Below are positions 27,101 through 40,800 of a stretch of 64,000 nt of DNA, piece by piece. Each line of letters starts with the position of its first letter. Positions within the stretch are counted from its first letter, which is position 1. The translations under genes and the position numbers were made by a program. The notes under the pieces are model-generated. The model had not been told where the DNA came from. It searched no databases and saw only the letters and a list, made by a program, of their open reading frames with translations. This DNA comes from Eledone cirrhosa (Eukaryota): NCBI GenBank assembly GCA_964016885.1, contig OZ024740.1, positions 30,070,001 to 30,134,000 of the forward strand. Reading direction: 5' to 3'.

Positions 27101-27864
27101 ATATATAGTATTGTAGGTGTGGTATATATAGTATTGTAGGTGTTGTATATATAGTATTGTAGGTGTTGTATATATAGTAATGTAGGCGTTGTATATATAG
27201 TATTATAGGTGTTGTATATATAGTAATGTAGGCGTTGTATATATAGTATTCTAGGTGTTGTATATATAGTATTGTAGGTGTTGTATATATAGTAATGTAG
27301 GCGTTGTATATATATAGTACTGTAGGCGTTATATATAGTATTGTAGGTGTTGTATATATAGTAATATAGGCGTTGTATATATAGTATTGTAGTTGTTGTA
27401 TATATAGTATTGTAGGTGTTATATATATAGTATTGTAGGTGTTGTATATATAGTAATGTAGGTGTTGTATATATAGTATTGTAGGTGTTGTATATATAGT
27501 ATTGTAGGTGTTGTATATATAGTATTGTAGGTGTTGTATATATAGTATTGTAGGTGTTGTATATATAGTAATGTAGGTGTTGTATATATAGTATTGTAGG
27601 TGCTTTATATATAGTACTGTAGGTGTTGTATATATAGTGTTGCATATATAGTAATGTAGGTGTTGTATATATAGTATTATAGGCGTTGTATATATAGCAT
27701 TGTAGGCGTTGTATATATATAGTATTGTAGGTGTTGTATATATAATACTGTAGGTGTTGTATATATAGTATTGTAAGTGTTATATATAGTATTGTAGGTG
27801 TTGTATATATAGTAATGTAGATGTTGTATATATAGTATTGTAGGTGTTGTATATATATAGTAAT

Positions 27865-28011
27865 TGTTTCTACTCTTGGCACAAGGCCAGCAATTATTCC
27901 AGTGTATTACTGGTACTTTATTTTATCGACCCCGTAAGGATGAAAGGCAAAGTTAACCTCGGCGGGATTTGAACTCAGATCATAAAGGGCCGTAACTCTT
28001 TGCTGCAAAGA
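27865..28011 (-). mobile_element. 5'-truncated tRNA-derived SINE, 147 bp, copy 2
   Basis: Identical by eye to 23995-24141, offset by exactly 3870 bp, with the same junctions and flanks. It is a duplicate of one insertion, not an independent event. Confidence 0.85.
27965..27975 (-). promoter_or_regulatory. RNA polymerase III B-box-like element (SINE copy 2)
   Basis: Same motif as 24095-24105, offset +3870. Confidence 0.7.
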
Positions 28012-31000
28012 GTTGTATATATATAGTAATGTAGGCGTTATATATATAGTATTGTAGGTGTTGTATATATAGTAATGTAGATGTTGTATATATAGTATTG
28101 TAGGTGTTGTATATATATAGTAATGTAGGCGTTATATATATAGTATTGTAGGTGTTATGTATATATAGTAATGTAGGCGTTATATATATAGTATTGTAGT
28201 TGTTGTATATATAGTATTGTAGGTGTTGTATATATAGTATCGTAGGTGTTGTATATATAGTATTGTAGTTGTTGTATATATAGTATTGTAGGTGTTGTAT
28301 GTATAGTAATGTAGGCGTTGTATATATAGTATTGTAGGTGTTGTATATATAGTAATATAGGCGTTGTATATATAGTACTGTAGGTGTTGTATATATGGTA
28401 CTGTAGGTGTTATATATAGTATTGTAGGTGTGGTATATATAGTAATGTAGGTGTTGTATATATAGTATTGTATGTGTTGTATATATATAGTATTGTAGGT
28501 GTTGTATATATAGTAATGTAGGCGTTGTATATATAGTAATGTAGGCGTTGTATATATAGTATTGTAGGTGTTGTATATATAGTAATGTAGGCGTTGTATA
28601 TATAGTATTGTAGATGTTGTATATATAGTACTGTAGGTGTTGTATAAATAGTATTGTAGGTGTTGTATATATAGTATTGTAGGTGTTGTATATGTAGTAC
28701 TGTAGGTGCTGTATATATAGTACTGTAGGTGTTATATATAATATTGTAGGTGTGGTATATATAGTAATGTACGTGTTGTATATATAGTAATGTAGGTGTT
28801 GTATATATATAGTATTGTAGGTGTTGTATATATAGTATTGTAGGTGTTGTTTATATAGTATCGTAGGTGTTGTATATATATATAGTATTGTAGGTGTGGT
28901 ATATATAGTAATGTAGGTGTTGTATATATAGTAATGTAGGCGTTGTATATAGAGTATTGTAGGTGTTGTATATATAATATTGTAAGTGTTGTATATATAG
29001 TATCGTAGGTGTTGTATATATATAGTATTGTAGATGTGGTATATATAGTAATATAGGCGTTGTATATATAGTATTGTAGGTGTTGTATATATAGTATTGT
29101 AGTTGTTGTATATATAGTACTGTAGGTGTTGTATATATAGTATTGTAGGTGTTGTATATATAGAACTGTAGGTGTTGTATATATAGTACTGTAGGTGTTG
29201 TATATATATAGTATTGTAGGTGTGGTATATATAGTAATGTAGGTGTTGTATATATAGTAATGTAGGTGTTGTATATATAGTAATGTAGGCGTTGTATATA
29301 TAGTATTGTAGGTGTGGTATATATAGTAATGTAGGCGTTGTATATATAGTATTGTAGGTGTTGTATATATAGTATTGTAGGTGTTGTATATATAGTAATG
29401 TAGGCGTTGTATATATAGTATTGTAGGTGTTGTATATATAGTACTGTAGGTGTTGTATACATAGTACTGTAGGTGTTATATATAGTATTGTAGGTGTGGT
29501 ATATATAGTAATGTAGGTGTTGTATATATAGTAATGTAGGCGTTGTATATATAGTAATGTAGGCGTTGTATATATAGTATTGTAGGTGTTGTATATATAG
29601 TATTGTAGGTATTGTATATATATAGTATTGTAGGTGTTGTATATATAGTAATGTAGGCGTTGTATATATAGTATTGTAGGTGTTGTATATATAGTAATAT
29701 AGGCGTTGTATATATAGTATTGTAGTAGTTGTATATATAGTACTGTAGGTGTTGTATATATAGTATTGTAGGTGTTGTATATATAGCATTGTAGGTGTTG
29801 TATATATAGTACTGTAGGTGTTGTATATATGGTACTGTAGGTGTTATATATAGTATTGTAGGTGTGGTATATATAGTAATGTAGGTGTTGTATATATAGT
29901 AATGTAGGTGTTGTATATATAGTAATGTAGGCGTTGTATATATAGTAGTGTAGGTGTTGTATATATAGTAATGTAGGCGTTGTATATATAGTAATGTAGG
30001 CGTTGTATATATAGTATGTTAGGTGTTGTATATATAGTAATGTAGGTGTTGTATATATAGTATTGTATGTGTTGTATATATAGTATTGTAGGTGTTGTAT
30101 ATATAGTAATGTAGGCGTTGTATATATAGTATTTTAGGTGTGGTATATATAGTATTGTAGGTGTGGTATATATAGTATTGTAGGTGTTGTATATATAGTA
30201 TTGTAGGCGTTGTATATATATAGTACTGTAGGTGTTATATATAGTATTGTAGGTGTTGTATATATAGTAATATAGGCGTTGTATATATAGTATTGTAGGT
30301 GTTGTATATATAGTATTGTAGTTGTTGTATATATAGTACTGTAGGTGTTGTATATATAGTATTGTAGGTGTTGTATATATAGTATTGTAGGTGTTATATA
30401 TATAGTATTGTAGGTGTTATATATATAGTATTGTAGGTGTTATATATATAGTATTGTAGGTGTTATATATATAGTATTGTAGGTGTTATATATATAGTAT
30501 TGTAGGTGTTGTATATATAGTATTGTAGGTGTTGTATATATAGTATTGTAGGTGTTGTATATATAGTATTGTAGGTGCTGTATATATAGTAATGTAGATG
30601 TTGTATATATAGTAATGTAGGTGTTGTATATATAGTATTGTAGGTGTTGTATATATAGTATTGTAGGTGTTGTATATATAGTATTGTAGGTGTTGTATAT
30701 ATAGTATTGTAGGTGTTGTATATATAGTAATGTAGATGTTGTATATATAGTAATGTAGGTGTTGTATATATAGTAATGTAGGCGTTGTATATATAGTAAT
30801 GTAGGTGTTGTATATATGGTACTGTAGGTGTTATATATAGTATTGTAGGTGTGGTATATATAGTAATGTAGGTGTTGTATATATAGTAATGTAGGCGTTG
30901 TATATATAGTATTGTAGGTGTTGTATATATATAGTAATGTAGGTGTTGTATATATAGTAATGTAGGCGTTGTATATATAGTATTCTAGGTGTTGTATATA

Positions 31001-31889
31001 TAGTATTGTAGGTGTTGTATATGTAGTAATGTAGGCGTTGTATATATAGTATTGTAGGTGTTGTATATATAGTATTGTAGGTGTTGTATATATAGTATTG
31101 TAGGTGTTGTATATATAGAAATGTAGGCGTTGTATATATAGTATTGTAGATGTTGTATATATAGTATTTTAGGTGTGGTATATATAGTATTGTAGGTGTT
31201 GTATATATAGAAATGTAGGCGTTGTATATATAGTAATGTAGGTGTTGTATATATATAGTATTGTAGGTGTTGTATATATAGTAATGTAGGTGTTGTATAT
31301 ATAGTATTGTAGGTGTTGTATATATAGAAATGTAGGCGTTGTATATATAGTATTGTAGGTGTTGTATATATAGTATTGTAGGTGTTGTATATGTAGTACT
31401 GTAGGTGTTGTATATATAGTACTGTAGGTGTTATATATATAGTAATGTAGGTGTTGTATATATAGTACTGTAGGTGTTATATATATAGTAATGTACGTGT
31501 TGTATATATAGTAATATAGGTGTTGTATATATATAGTATTGTAGGTGTTGTATATATAGTAATGTAGGTGTTGTATATATAGTAATGTAGGTGTTGTATA
31601 TATAGTAATGTAGGTGTTGTATATATAGTAATGTAGGTGTTGTATATATAGTAATGTAGGTGTTGTATATATAGTATTGTAGGTGTTGTATATATATAGT
31701 ATTGTAGGTGTTGTATATATAGTAATGTAGGTATTGTATATATAGTATTGTAGGTATTGTATATATGGTAATGTAGGTGTTGTATATATAGTACTGTAGG
31801 TGTTGTATATATAGTACTGTAGGCGTTGTATATATAGTATTGTAGGTGTTGTATATATAGTATTCTAGGTGTTGTATATATAGTATTGT

Positions 31890-34800
31890 AGATGTTGTAT
31901 ATATAGTATTGTAGATGTTGTATATATAGTAAGGTAGGCGTTATATATATATAGTAGTGTAGGTGTTGTATATATAGTATCGTAGGTGTTGTATATATAG
32001 TATTGTAGGTGTTGTATATATATAGTAATGTAGGTGTTGTATATATATAGTAATGTAGGTGTTGTATATATATAGTAATGTAGGTGTTGTATATATATAT
32101 AGTAATGTAGGTGTTGTATATATATAGTAATGTAGGTGTTGTATATATATAGTAATGTAGGTGTTGTATATATATAGTAATGTAGGTGTTGTATATATAG
32201 TAATGTAGGTGTTGTATATATAGTAATGTAGGTGTTGTATATATAGTAATGTAGGTGTTATATATATAGTAATGTAGGTGTTATATAAATAGTAATGTAG
32301 GTGTTATATAAATAGTAATGTAGGTGTTGTATATATAGTAATGTAGGTGTTATATATAGTATTGTAGGTGTGTTATATATAGTAATGTAGGTGATATATA
32401 TATATATATATAGTATTGTAGGTGTTGTATATATAGTTTTGTAGATGTTGTATATATAGTATTGTAGGTGTTGTATATATAGTAATGTAGGTGTTGTATA
32501 TATAGTAATGTAGGTGTTGTATATATAGTAATGTAGGTGTTGTATATATAGTATTGTAAGTGTTGTATATATAGTAAGTTTGGCGTTATATATATAGTAT
32601 TGTAGGTGTTGTATATATAGTAATGTAGGTGTTATATATATAGTATTGTAGGTGTTGTATATATAGTATTGTAGGTCTTATATATAGTAATGTAGGTGTT
32701 GTATATATAGTAATGAATATGTTGTATATATAGTATTGTAGGTGTTATATATAGTAATGTAGGTGTTGTATATATAGTAATGTAGGTGTTATATATATAG
32801 TATTGTAGGTGTTATATATATAGTATTGTAGGTGTTATATATATAGTATTGTAGGTGTTGTATATATAGTAATGTAGGCGTTGTATATATAGTATTGTAG
32901 CTGTTGTATATATAGTATTGTAGGTGTTGTATATATAGTATTGTAGGTGTTGTATATATAGTATTGTAGGTGTTGTATATATAGTATTGTAGGTGTTGTA
33001 TATATATATAGAATTGTACGTGTTGTATATATAGTATTGTAGGTGTTGTATATATAGTGTTGTGGCTGTTGTATATATAGTATTGTATGTGTTTATATAT
33101 AGTATTGTAGATGTTGTATATATAGTACTGTAGGTGTTGTATATATAGTACTGTAAGTGTTGTATATATAGTATTGTAGGTGTTGTATATATAGTATTGT
33201 AAGTGCTGTATATATAGTACTGTAGGTGTTGTATATATAGTATTGTAGGTGTCGTATATATAGTATTGTAGATGTTGTATACATAGTATTGTAGATGTTG
33301 TATATATAGCATTGTAGGTGTTGTATATATGATATTGTAGATATTGTATATATAGTATTGTAGGTGTTGTTTATATAGTACTCTAGGTGTTGTATATATA
33401 GTAATGTAGGTGTTGTATATATAGTATTGTAGGTTTTGTATATATGATATTGCAGATATTGTATATATAGTATTGTAGGTGTTGTTTATATAGTATTCTA
33501 GGTGTTGTATATATAGTAATGTAGGTGTTGTATATATAGTATTGTAGGTGTTGTATATATAGTACTGTAGGTATTGTATATATAGTATTGTAGGTGTTGT
33601 ATATATAGTATTTTAGGTGTTATATATATAGTATTGTAGGTGTTATATATATAGTATTGTAGGTGTTATATATATAGTAATGTAGGTGTTGTATATATAG
33701 TATTGTAGATGTTGTATATATAGTATTGTAAATGTTGTATATATAGTAAGGTAGGTGTTGTATATATAGTATTGTAGGTGTTATATATATAGTATTGTAG
33801 GTGTTGTATATATAGTATTGTAGGTGTTGTATATATAGTATTGTAGGTGTTGTATATATAGTATTGTAGGTGTTGTATATATAGTATTGTAGGTGTTGTA
33901 TATATAGTATTGTAGGTGTTGTATATATAGTATTGTAGGTGTTGTATATATAGTATTGTAGGTGTTGTATATATAGTATTGTAGATGTTGTATATATAGT
34001 ATTGTAGATGTTGTATATATAGTATTGTAGGTGTTGTATATATAGTATTGTAGGTGTTGTATATATAGTATTGTAGGTGTTGTATATATAGTAATGTAGG
34101 TGTTGTATATATAGTATTGTAGGTGTTGTATATATAGTATTGTAGGTGTTGTATATATAGTATTGTAGGTGTTGTATATATAGTATTGTAGGCGTTATAT
34201 ATATAGTACTGTAGGTGTTGGATATATAGTATTTTAGGTGTTGTATATATAGTAATGTAGGTGTTGTATATATAGTGTTGTATATATAGTATTGTAGGTG
34301 TTATATATATAGTATTATAGGTGTTGTATATATAGTAATGTAGGTGTTGTATATATAGTATTGTAGGTGTTATATATATAGTAAGGTAGGTGTTATATAT
34401 ATAGTAAGGTAGGTGTTATATATATAGTAAGGTAGGTGTTGTATATATAGTATTTTAGGTGTTGTATATATAGTATTGTAGGTGTTGTATATATAGTATT
34501 GCAGGTGTTGTATATATAGTACTGTAGGTGTTGTATATGTAGTATTTAGGTGTTGTATATATAGTATTGTAGGTGTTGTATATATAGTACTGTAGGTGCT
34601 GTATATATAGTACTGTAGGTGTTGGATATATAGTATTGTAGGTGTTGTATATATAGTACTGTAGGTGTTGTATATGTAGTATTTTGGTGTTGTATATATA
34701 GTATTGTAGGTGTTGTATATATAGTACTGTAGGTGTTATATATATAGTATTGTATATATAGTATTGTAGGTGTTGTATATATAGTACTGTAGGTGTTGTA

Positions 34801-37800
34801 TATGTAGTATTTAGGTGTTGTATATATAGTATTGTAGGTGTTGTATATATAGTATTGTAGGTGTTGTATATATAGTAATGTAGGTGTTGTATATATAGTA
34901 TTGTAGGTGTTGTATATATATAGTATTGTAGGTGTTGTATATATAGTATTGTAGGTGTTGTATATATAGTAATGTAGGCGTTGTATATATAGTATTGTTG
35001 GTGTTGTATATATAGTATTGTAGGTGTTGTATATATAGTAATGTAGGCGTTGTATATATAGTAATGTAGGTGTTGTATATATATAGTATTGTAGGTGTTG
35101 TATATATAGTATTGTAGGTGTTGTATATATAGTAATGTAGGTGTTGTATATATAGTATTGTAGGTGTTGTATATATAGTATTGTAGGTGTTGTATATATA
35201 GTATTGTAGGTGTTGTATATATAGTATTGTAGGTGTTGTATATATAGTATTGTAGGTGTTGTATATATAGTATTGTAGGTGTTGTATATATAGTATTGTA
35301 GGTGTTGTATATATAGTACTGTAGGTGTTGTATATATAGTACTGTATGTGTTATATATAGTATTGTAGGTGTGGTATATATAGTAATGTAGGCGTTGTAT
35401 ATATAGTAATGTAGGCGTTGTATATATAGTAATGTAGGTGTTGTATATATAGTACTGTAGGTGTTATATATAGTATTGTAGGTGTGGAATATATAGTAAT
35501 GTAGGTGTGGTATATATAGTAATGTAGGTGTTGTATATATAGTAATGTAGGCGTTGTATATATATAGTATTGTAAGTGTTGTATATATAGTATCGTAGGT
35601 GTTGTATATATATAGTATTGTAGGTGTGGTATATATAGTAATGTAGGTGTTGTATATATAGTAATGTAGGCGTTGTATATATAGTATTGTAGGTGTTGTA
35701 TATATAGTATTGTAGGCGTTGTATATATAGTATTGTAGGTGTTGTATATATAGTATAGTATTGTAGGTGTTGTATATATAGTACTGTAGGTGTTGTATAT
35801 ATAGTACTGTAGGTGTTATATATAGTATTGTGGGTGTGGTATATATAGTAATGTAGGTGTTGTATATATAGTATTGTAGGTGTTGTATATATAGTAATGT
35901 AGGCGTTGTATATATATAGTATTGTAAGTGTTGTATATATAGTATCGTAGGTGTTATATATAGTATTGTAGGTGTGGTATATATAGTAATGTAGGTGTGG
36001 TATATATATTAATGTAGGCGTTGTATATATAGTAATGTAGGTGTTGTATATATAGTACTGTAGGTGTTATATATAGTATCGTAGGTGTGGTATATATAGT
36101 AATGTAGGTGTGGTGTATATAGTAATGTAGGTGTTGTATATATAGTATTGTAGGTGTTGTATATATAGTAATGTAGGCGTTGTATATATATAGTATTGTA
36201 GGTGTTGTATATATAGTACTGTAGGTGTTGTATATATAGTACTGTAGGTGTTGTATATATAGTATTGTGGGTGTGGTATATTTAGTAATGTAGGTGTTGT
36301 ATATATAGTAATGTAGGCGTTGTATATATAGTAATGTAGGCGTTGTATATATAGTATTGTAGGTGTTGTATATATAGTATTGTAGGTATTGTATATATAT
36401 AGTATTGTAGGTATTGTATATATATAGTATTGTAGGTGTTGTATATATAGTAATGTAGGCGTTGTATATATAGTATTGTAGGTGTTGTATATATAGTAAT
36501 GTAGGCGTTGTATATATAGTAATGTAGGTGTTGTATATATAGTAATGTAGGCGTTGTATATATAGTATTGTAGGTGTTGTATATATAGTATTGTAGGCGT
36601 TGTATATATAGTATTGTAGGTGTTGTATATATAGTATAGTATTGTAGGTGTTGTATATATAGTACTGTAGGTGTTGTATATATAGTACTGTAGGTGTTAT
36701 ATATAGTATTGTGGGTGTGGTATATATAGTAATGTAGGTGTTGTATATATAGTAATGTAGGCGTTGTATATATAGTAATGTAGGCGTTGTATATATAGTA
36801 TTGTAGGTGTTGTATATATAGTATTGTAGGTATTGTATATATATAGTATTGTACGTGTTGTATATATAGTAATGTAGCCGTTGTATATATAGTATTGTAG
36901 GTGTTGTATATATAGTAATATAGGCGTTGTATATATAGTATTGTAGGTGTTGTATATATAGTATTGTAGTTGTTGTATTTATAGTACTGTAGGTGTTGTA
37001 TATATAGTATTGTAGGTGTTGTATATATAGTAATGTAGTTGTTGTATATATAGTAATATAGGCCTTGTATATATAGTAATGTAGGTTTTGTATATATAGT
37101 ATTGTAGGTTTTGTATATATAGTATTGTAGGTGTGGTATATATAGTATTGTAGGTGTGGTATATATAGTAATGTAGGTGTTGTATATATAGTAATGTAGG
37201 CGTTGTATATATAGTAATGTAGGTGTTGTATATATAGTATTGTATGTGTTGTATATATATAGTATTGTAGGTGTTGTATATATAGTAATGTAGGCGTTGT
37301 ATATATAGTATTCTAGGTGTTGTATATATAGTATTGTAGGTGTTGTATATATAGTAATGTAGGCGTTGTGTATATATAGTACTGTAGGTGTTATATATAG
37401 TATTGTAGGTGTTGTATATATAGTAATATAGGCGTTGTATATATAGTATTGTAGGTGTTGTATATATAGTATTGTAGTTGTTGTATATATAGTATTGTAG
37501 GTGTTGTATATATAGTATTGTAGGTGTTATATATATAGTATTGTAGGTGTTGTATATATAGTAATGTAGGTGTTGTATATATAGTATTGTAGGTGCTTTA
37601 TATATAGTACTGTAGGTGTTGTATATATAGTGTTGCATATATAGTAATGTAGGTGTTGTATATATAGTATTGTAGGTGTTGTATATATAGTATTGTAGGT
37701 GTTGTATATATAGTACTGTAGGTGTTGTATATATAGTACTGTAGGTGTTATATATAGTATTGTAGGTGTTGTATATAGTAATGTAGGCGTTGTATATATA

Positions 37801-40800
37801 GTAATGTAGGCGTTGTATATATAGTAATGTAGGCGTTGTATATATAGTAATGTAGGCGTTGTATATATAGTAATGTAGGCGTTGTATATATTGTATTGTA
37901 GGTGTTGTATATATAGTATTGTAGGTGTTGTATATATAGTACTGTAGGTGTTATATATAGTATTGTAGGTGTTGTATATATAGTAATGTAGGCGTTGTAT
38001 ATATAGAATTGTAGGTGTTGTATATATGGTATTGTAGGTGTTGTATATATAGTATTGTAGGTGTTGTATATATAGTACTGTAGGTGTTGTATATATAGTA
38101 CTGTAGGTGTTATATATAGTATTGTAGGTGTTATATATAGTATTGTAGGTGTGGTATATATAGTAATGTAGGTGTGGTATATATAGTAATGTAGGTGTTG
38201 TATATATAGTAATGTAGGCGTTGTATATATAGTATTGTTGGTGTTGTATATATAGTATTGTAGGTGTTGTATATATAGTATTGTAGGTGTTGTATATATA
38301 GTAATGTAGGCGTTGTATATATAGTAATGTAGGTGTTGTATATATAGTATTGTAGGTGTTGTATATATAGTATTGTAGGTGTTGTATATATAGTATTGTA
38401 GGTGTTGTATATATAGTATTGTAGGTGTTGTATATATAGTATTGTAGGTGTTGTATATATAGTATTGTAGGTGTTGTATATATAGTATTGTAGGTATTGT
38501 ATATATAGTATTGTAGGTGTTGTATATATAGTACTGTAGGTGTTGTATATATAGTACTGTAGGTGTTATATATAGTATTGTAGGTGTGGTATATATAGTA
38601 ATGTAGGCGTTATATATATAGTATTGTAGGTGTTGTATATATAGTAATGTAGGTGTTGTATATATAGTATTGTAGGTGCTTTATATATAGTACTGTAGGT
38701 GTTGTATATATAGTGTTGCATATATAGTAATGTAGGTGTTGTATATATAGTATTATAGGCGTTGTATATATAGTATTGTAGGTGTTGTATATATAGTATT
38801 GTAGGTGTTGTATATATAGTACTGTAGGTGTTGTATATATAGTACTGTAGGTGTTATATATAGTATTGTAGGTGTTGTATATAGTAATGTAGGCGTTGTA
38901 TATATAGTAATGTAGGCGTTGTATATATAGTAATGTAGGCGTTGTATATATAGTAATGTAGGCGTTGTATATATAGTAATGTAGGCGTTGTATATATTGT
39001 ATTGTAGGTGTTGTATATATAGTATTGTAGGTGTTGTATATATAGTACTGTAGGTGTTATATATAGTATTGTAGGTGTTGTATATATAGTAATGTAGGCG
39101 TTGTATATATAGAATTGTAGGTGTTGTATATATGGTATTGTAGGTGTTGTATATATAGTATTGTAGGTGTTGTATATATAGTACTGTAGGTGTTGTATAT
39201 ATAGTACTGTAGGTGTTATATATAGTATTGTAGGTGTTATATATAGTATTGTAGGTGTGGTATATATAGTAATGTAGGTGTGGTATATATAGTAATGTAG
39301 GTGTTGTATATATAGTAATGTAGGCGTTGTATATATAGTATTGTTGGTGTTGTATATATAGTATTGTAGGTGTTGTATATATAGTATTGTAGGTGTTGTA
39401 TATATAGTAATGTAGGCGTTGTATATATAGTAATGTAGGTGTTGTATATATAGTATTGTAGGTGTTGTATATATAGTATTGTAGGTGTTGTATATATAGT
39501 ATCGTAGGTGTTGTATATATAGTATTGTAGGTGTTGTATATATAGTATTGTAGGTGTTGTATATATAGTATTGTAGGTATTGTATATATAGTATTGTAGG
39601 TGTTGTATATATAGTACTGTAGGTGTTGTATATATAGTACTGTAGGTGTTGTATATGTAGTATTTAGGTGTTGTATATATAGTATTGTAGGTGTTGTATA
39701 TATAGTACTGTAGGTGCTGTATATATAGTACTGTAGGTGTTGGATATATAGTATTGTAGGTGTTGTATATATAGTACTGTAGGTGTTGTATATGTAGTAT
39801 TTTGGTGTTGTATATATAGTATTGTAGGTGTTGTATATATAGTACTGTAGGTGTTATATATATAGTATTGTATATATAGTATTGTAGGTGTTGTATATAT
39901 AGTACTGTAGGTGTTGTATATGTAGTATTTAGGTGTTGTATATATAGTATTGTAGGTGTTGTATATATAGTATTGTAGGTGTTGTATATATAGTAATGTA
40001 GGTGTTGTATATATAGTATTGTAGGTGTTGTATATATATAGTATTGTAGGTGTTGTATATATAGTATTGTAGGTGTTGTATATATAGTAATGTAGGCGTT
40101 GTATATATAGTATTGTTGGTGTTGTATATATAGTATTGTAGGTGTTGTATATATAGTAATGTAGGCGTTGTATATATAGTAATGTAGGTGTTGTATATAT
40201 ATAGTATTGTAGGTGTTGTATATATAGTATTGTAGGTGTTGTATATATAGTAATGTAGGTGTTGTATATATAGTATTGTAGGTGTTGTATATATAGTATT
40301 GTAGGTGTTGTATATATAGTATTGTAGGTGTTGTATATATAGTATTGTAGGTGTTGTATATATAGTATTGTAGGTGTTGTATATATAGTATTGTAGGTGT
40401 TGTATATATAGTATTGTAGGTGTTGTATATATAGTACTGTAGGTGTTGTATATATAGTACTGTAGGTGTTATATATAGTATTGTAGGTGTGGTATATATA
40501 GTAATGTAGGCGTTGTATATATAGTAATGTAGGCGTTGTATATATAGTAATGTAGGTGTTGTATATATAGTACTGTAGGTGTTATATATAGTATTGTAGG
40601 TGTGGAATATATAGTAATGTAGGTGTGGTATATATAGTAATGTAGGTGTTGTATATATAGTAATGTAGGCGTTGTATATATATAGTATTGTAAGTGTTGT
40701 ATATATAGTATCGTAGGTGTTGTATATATATAGTATTGTAGGTGTGGTATATATAGTAATGTAGGTGTTGTATATATAGTAATGTAGGCGTTGTATATAT

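Larger units (their letters stand above)
22290..30085 (+). repeat. ~3.9-kb tandem higher-order duplication carrying the SINE (junction ~26190)
   Basis: Private markers are paired: AAGTGTTCTA at ~22421/~26314, SINE at 23995/27865, GTAGTAGTTG at ~25831/~29722 and GTATGTTAGG at ~26123/~30014. Identical 374-aa pseudo-ORFs lie at 22888-24012 and 26758-27882. Confidence 0.92.
4150..31890 (+). repeat. ~27.7-kb super-repeat, copy 1 (SINE-bearing)
   Basis: It starts with markers AAGGTAGGCGTT(AT)nAGTAGTG (~4191), GTAGGTCTTA (~4983) and GTAATGAATATG (~5022), which recur in order at ~31931, ~32671 and ~32710. Its end (30060-31885) matches ~57000-59080. Confidence 0.8.

Noticed and set aside
23995-28011. 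Two inserts as LTRs or ends of a composite transposon enclosing 3.7 kb
   Set aside because: The flanking satellite is duplicated along with the inserts and each insert has its own identical TSD pair. The enclosed DNA is plain satellite, which fits a tandem segmental duplication.
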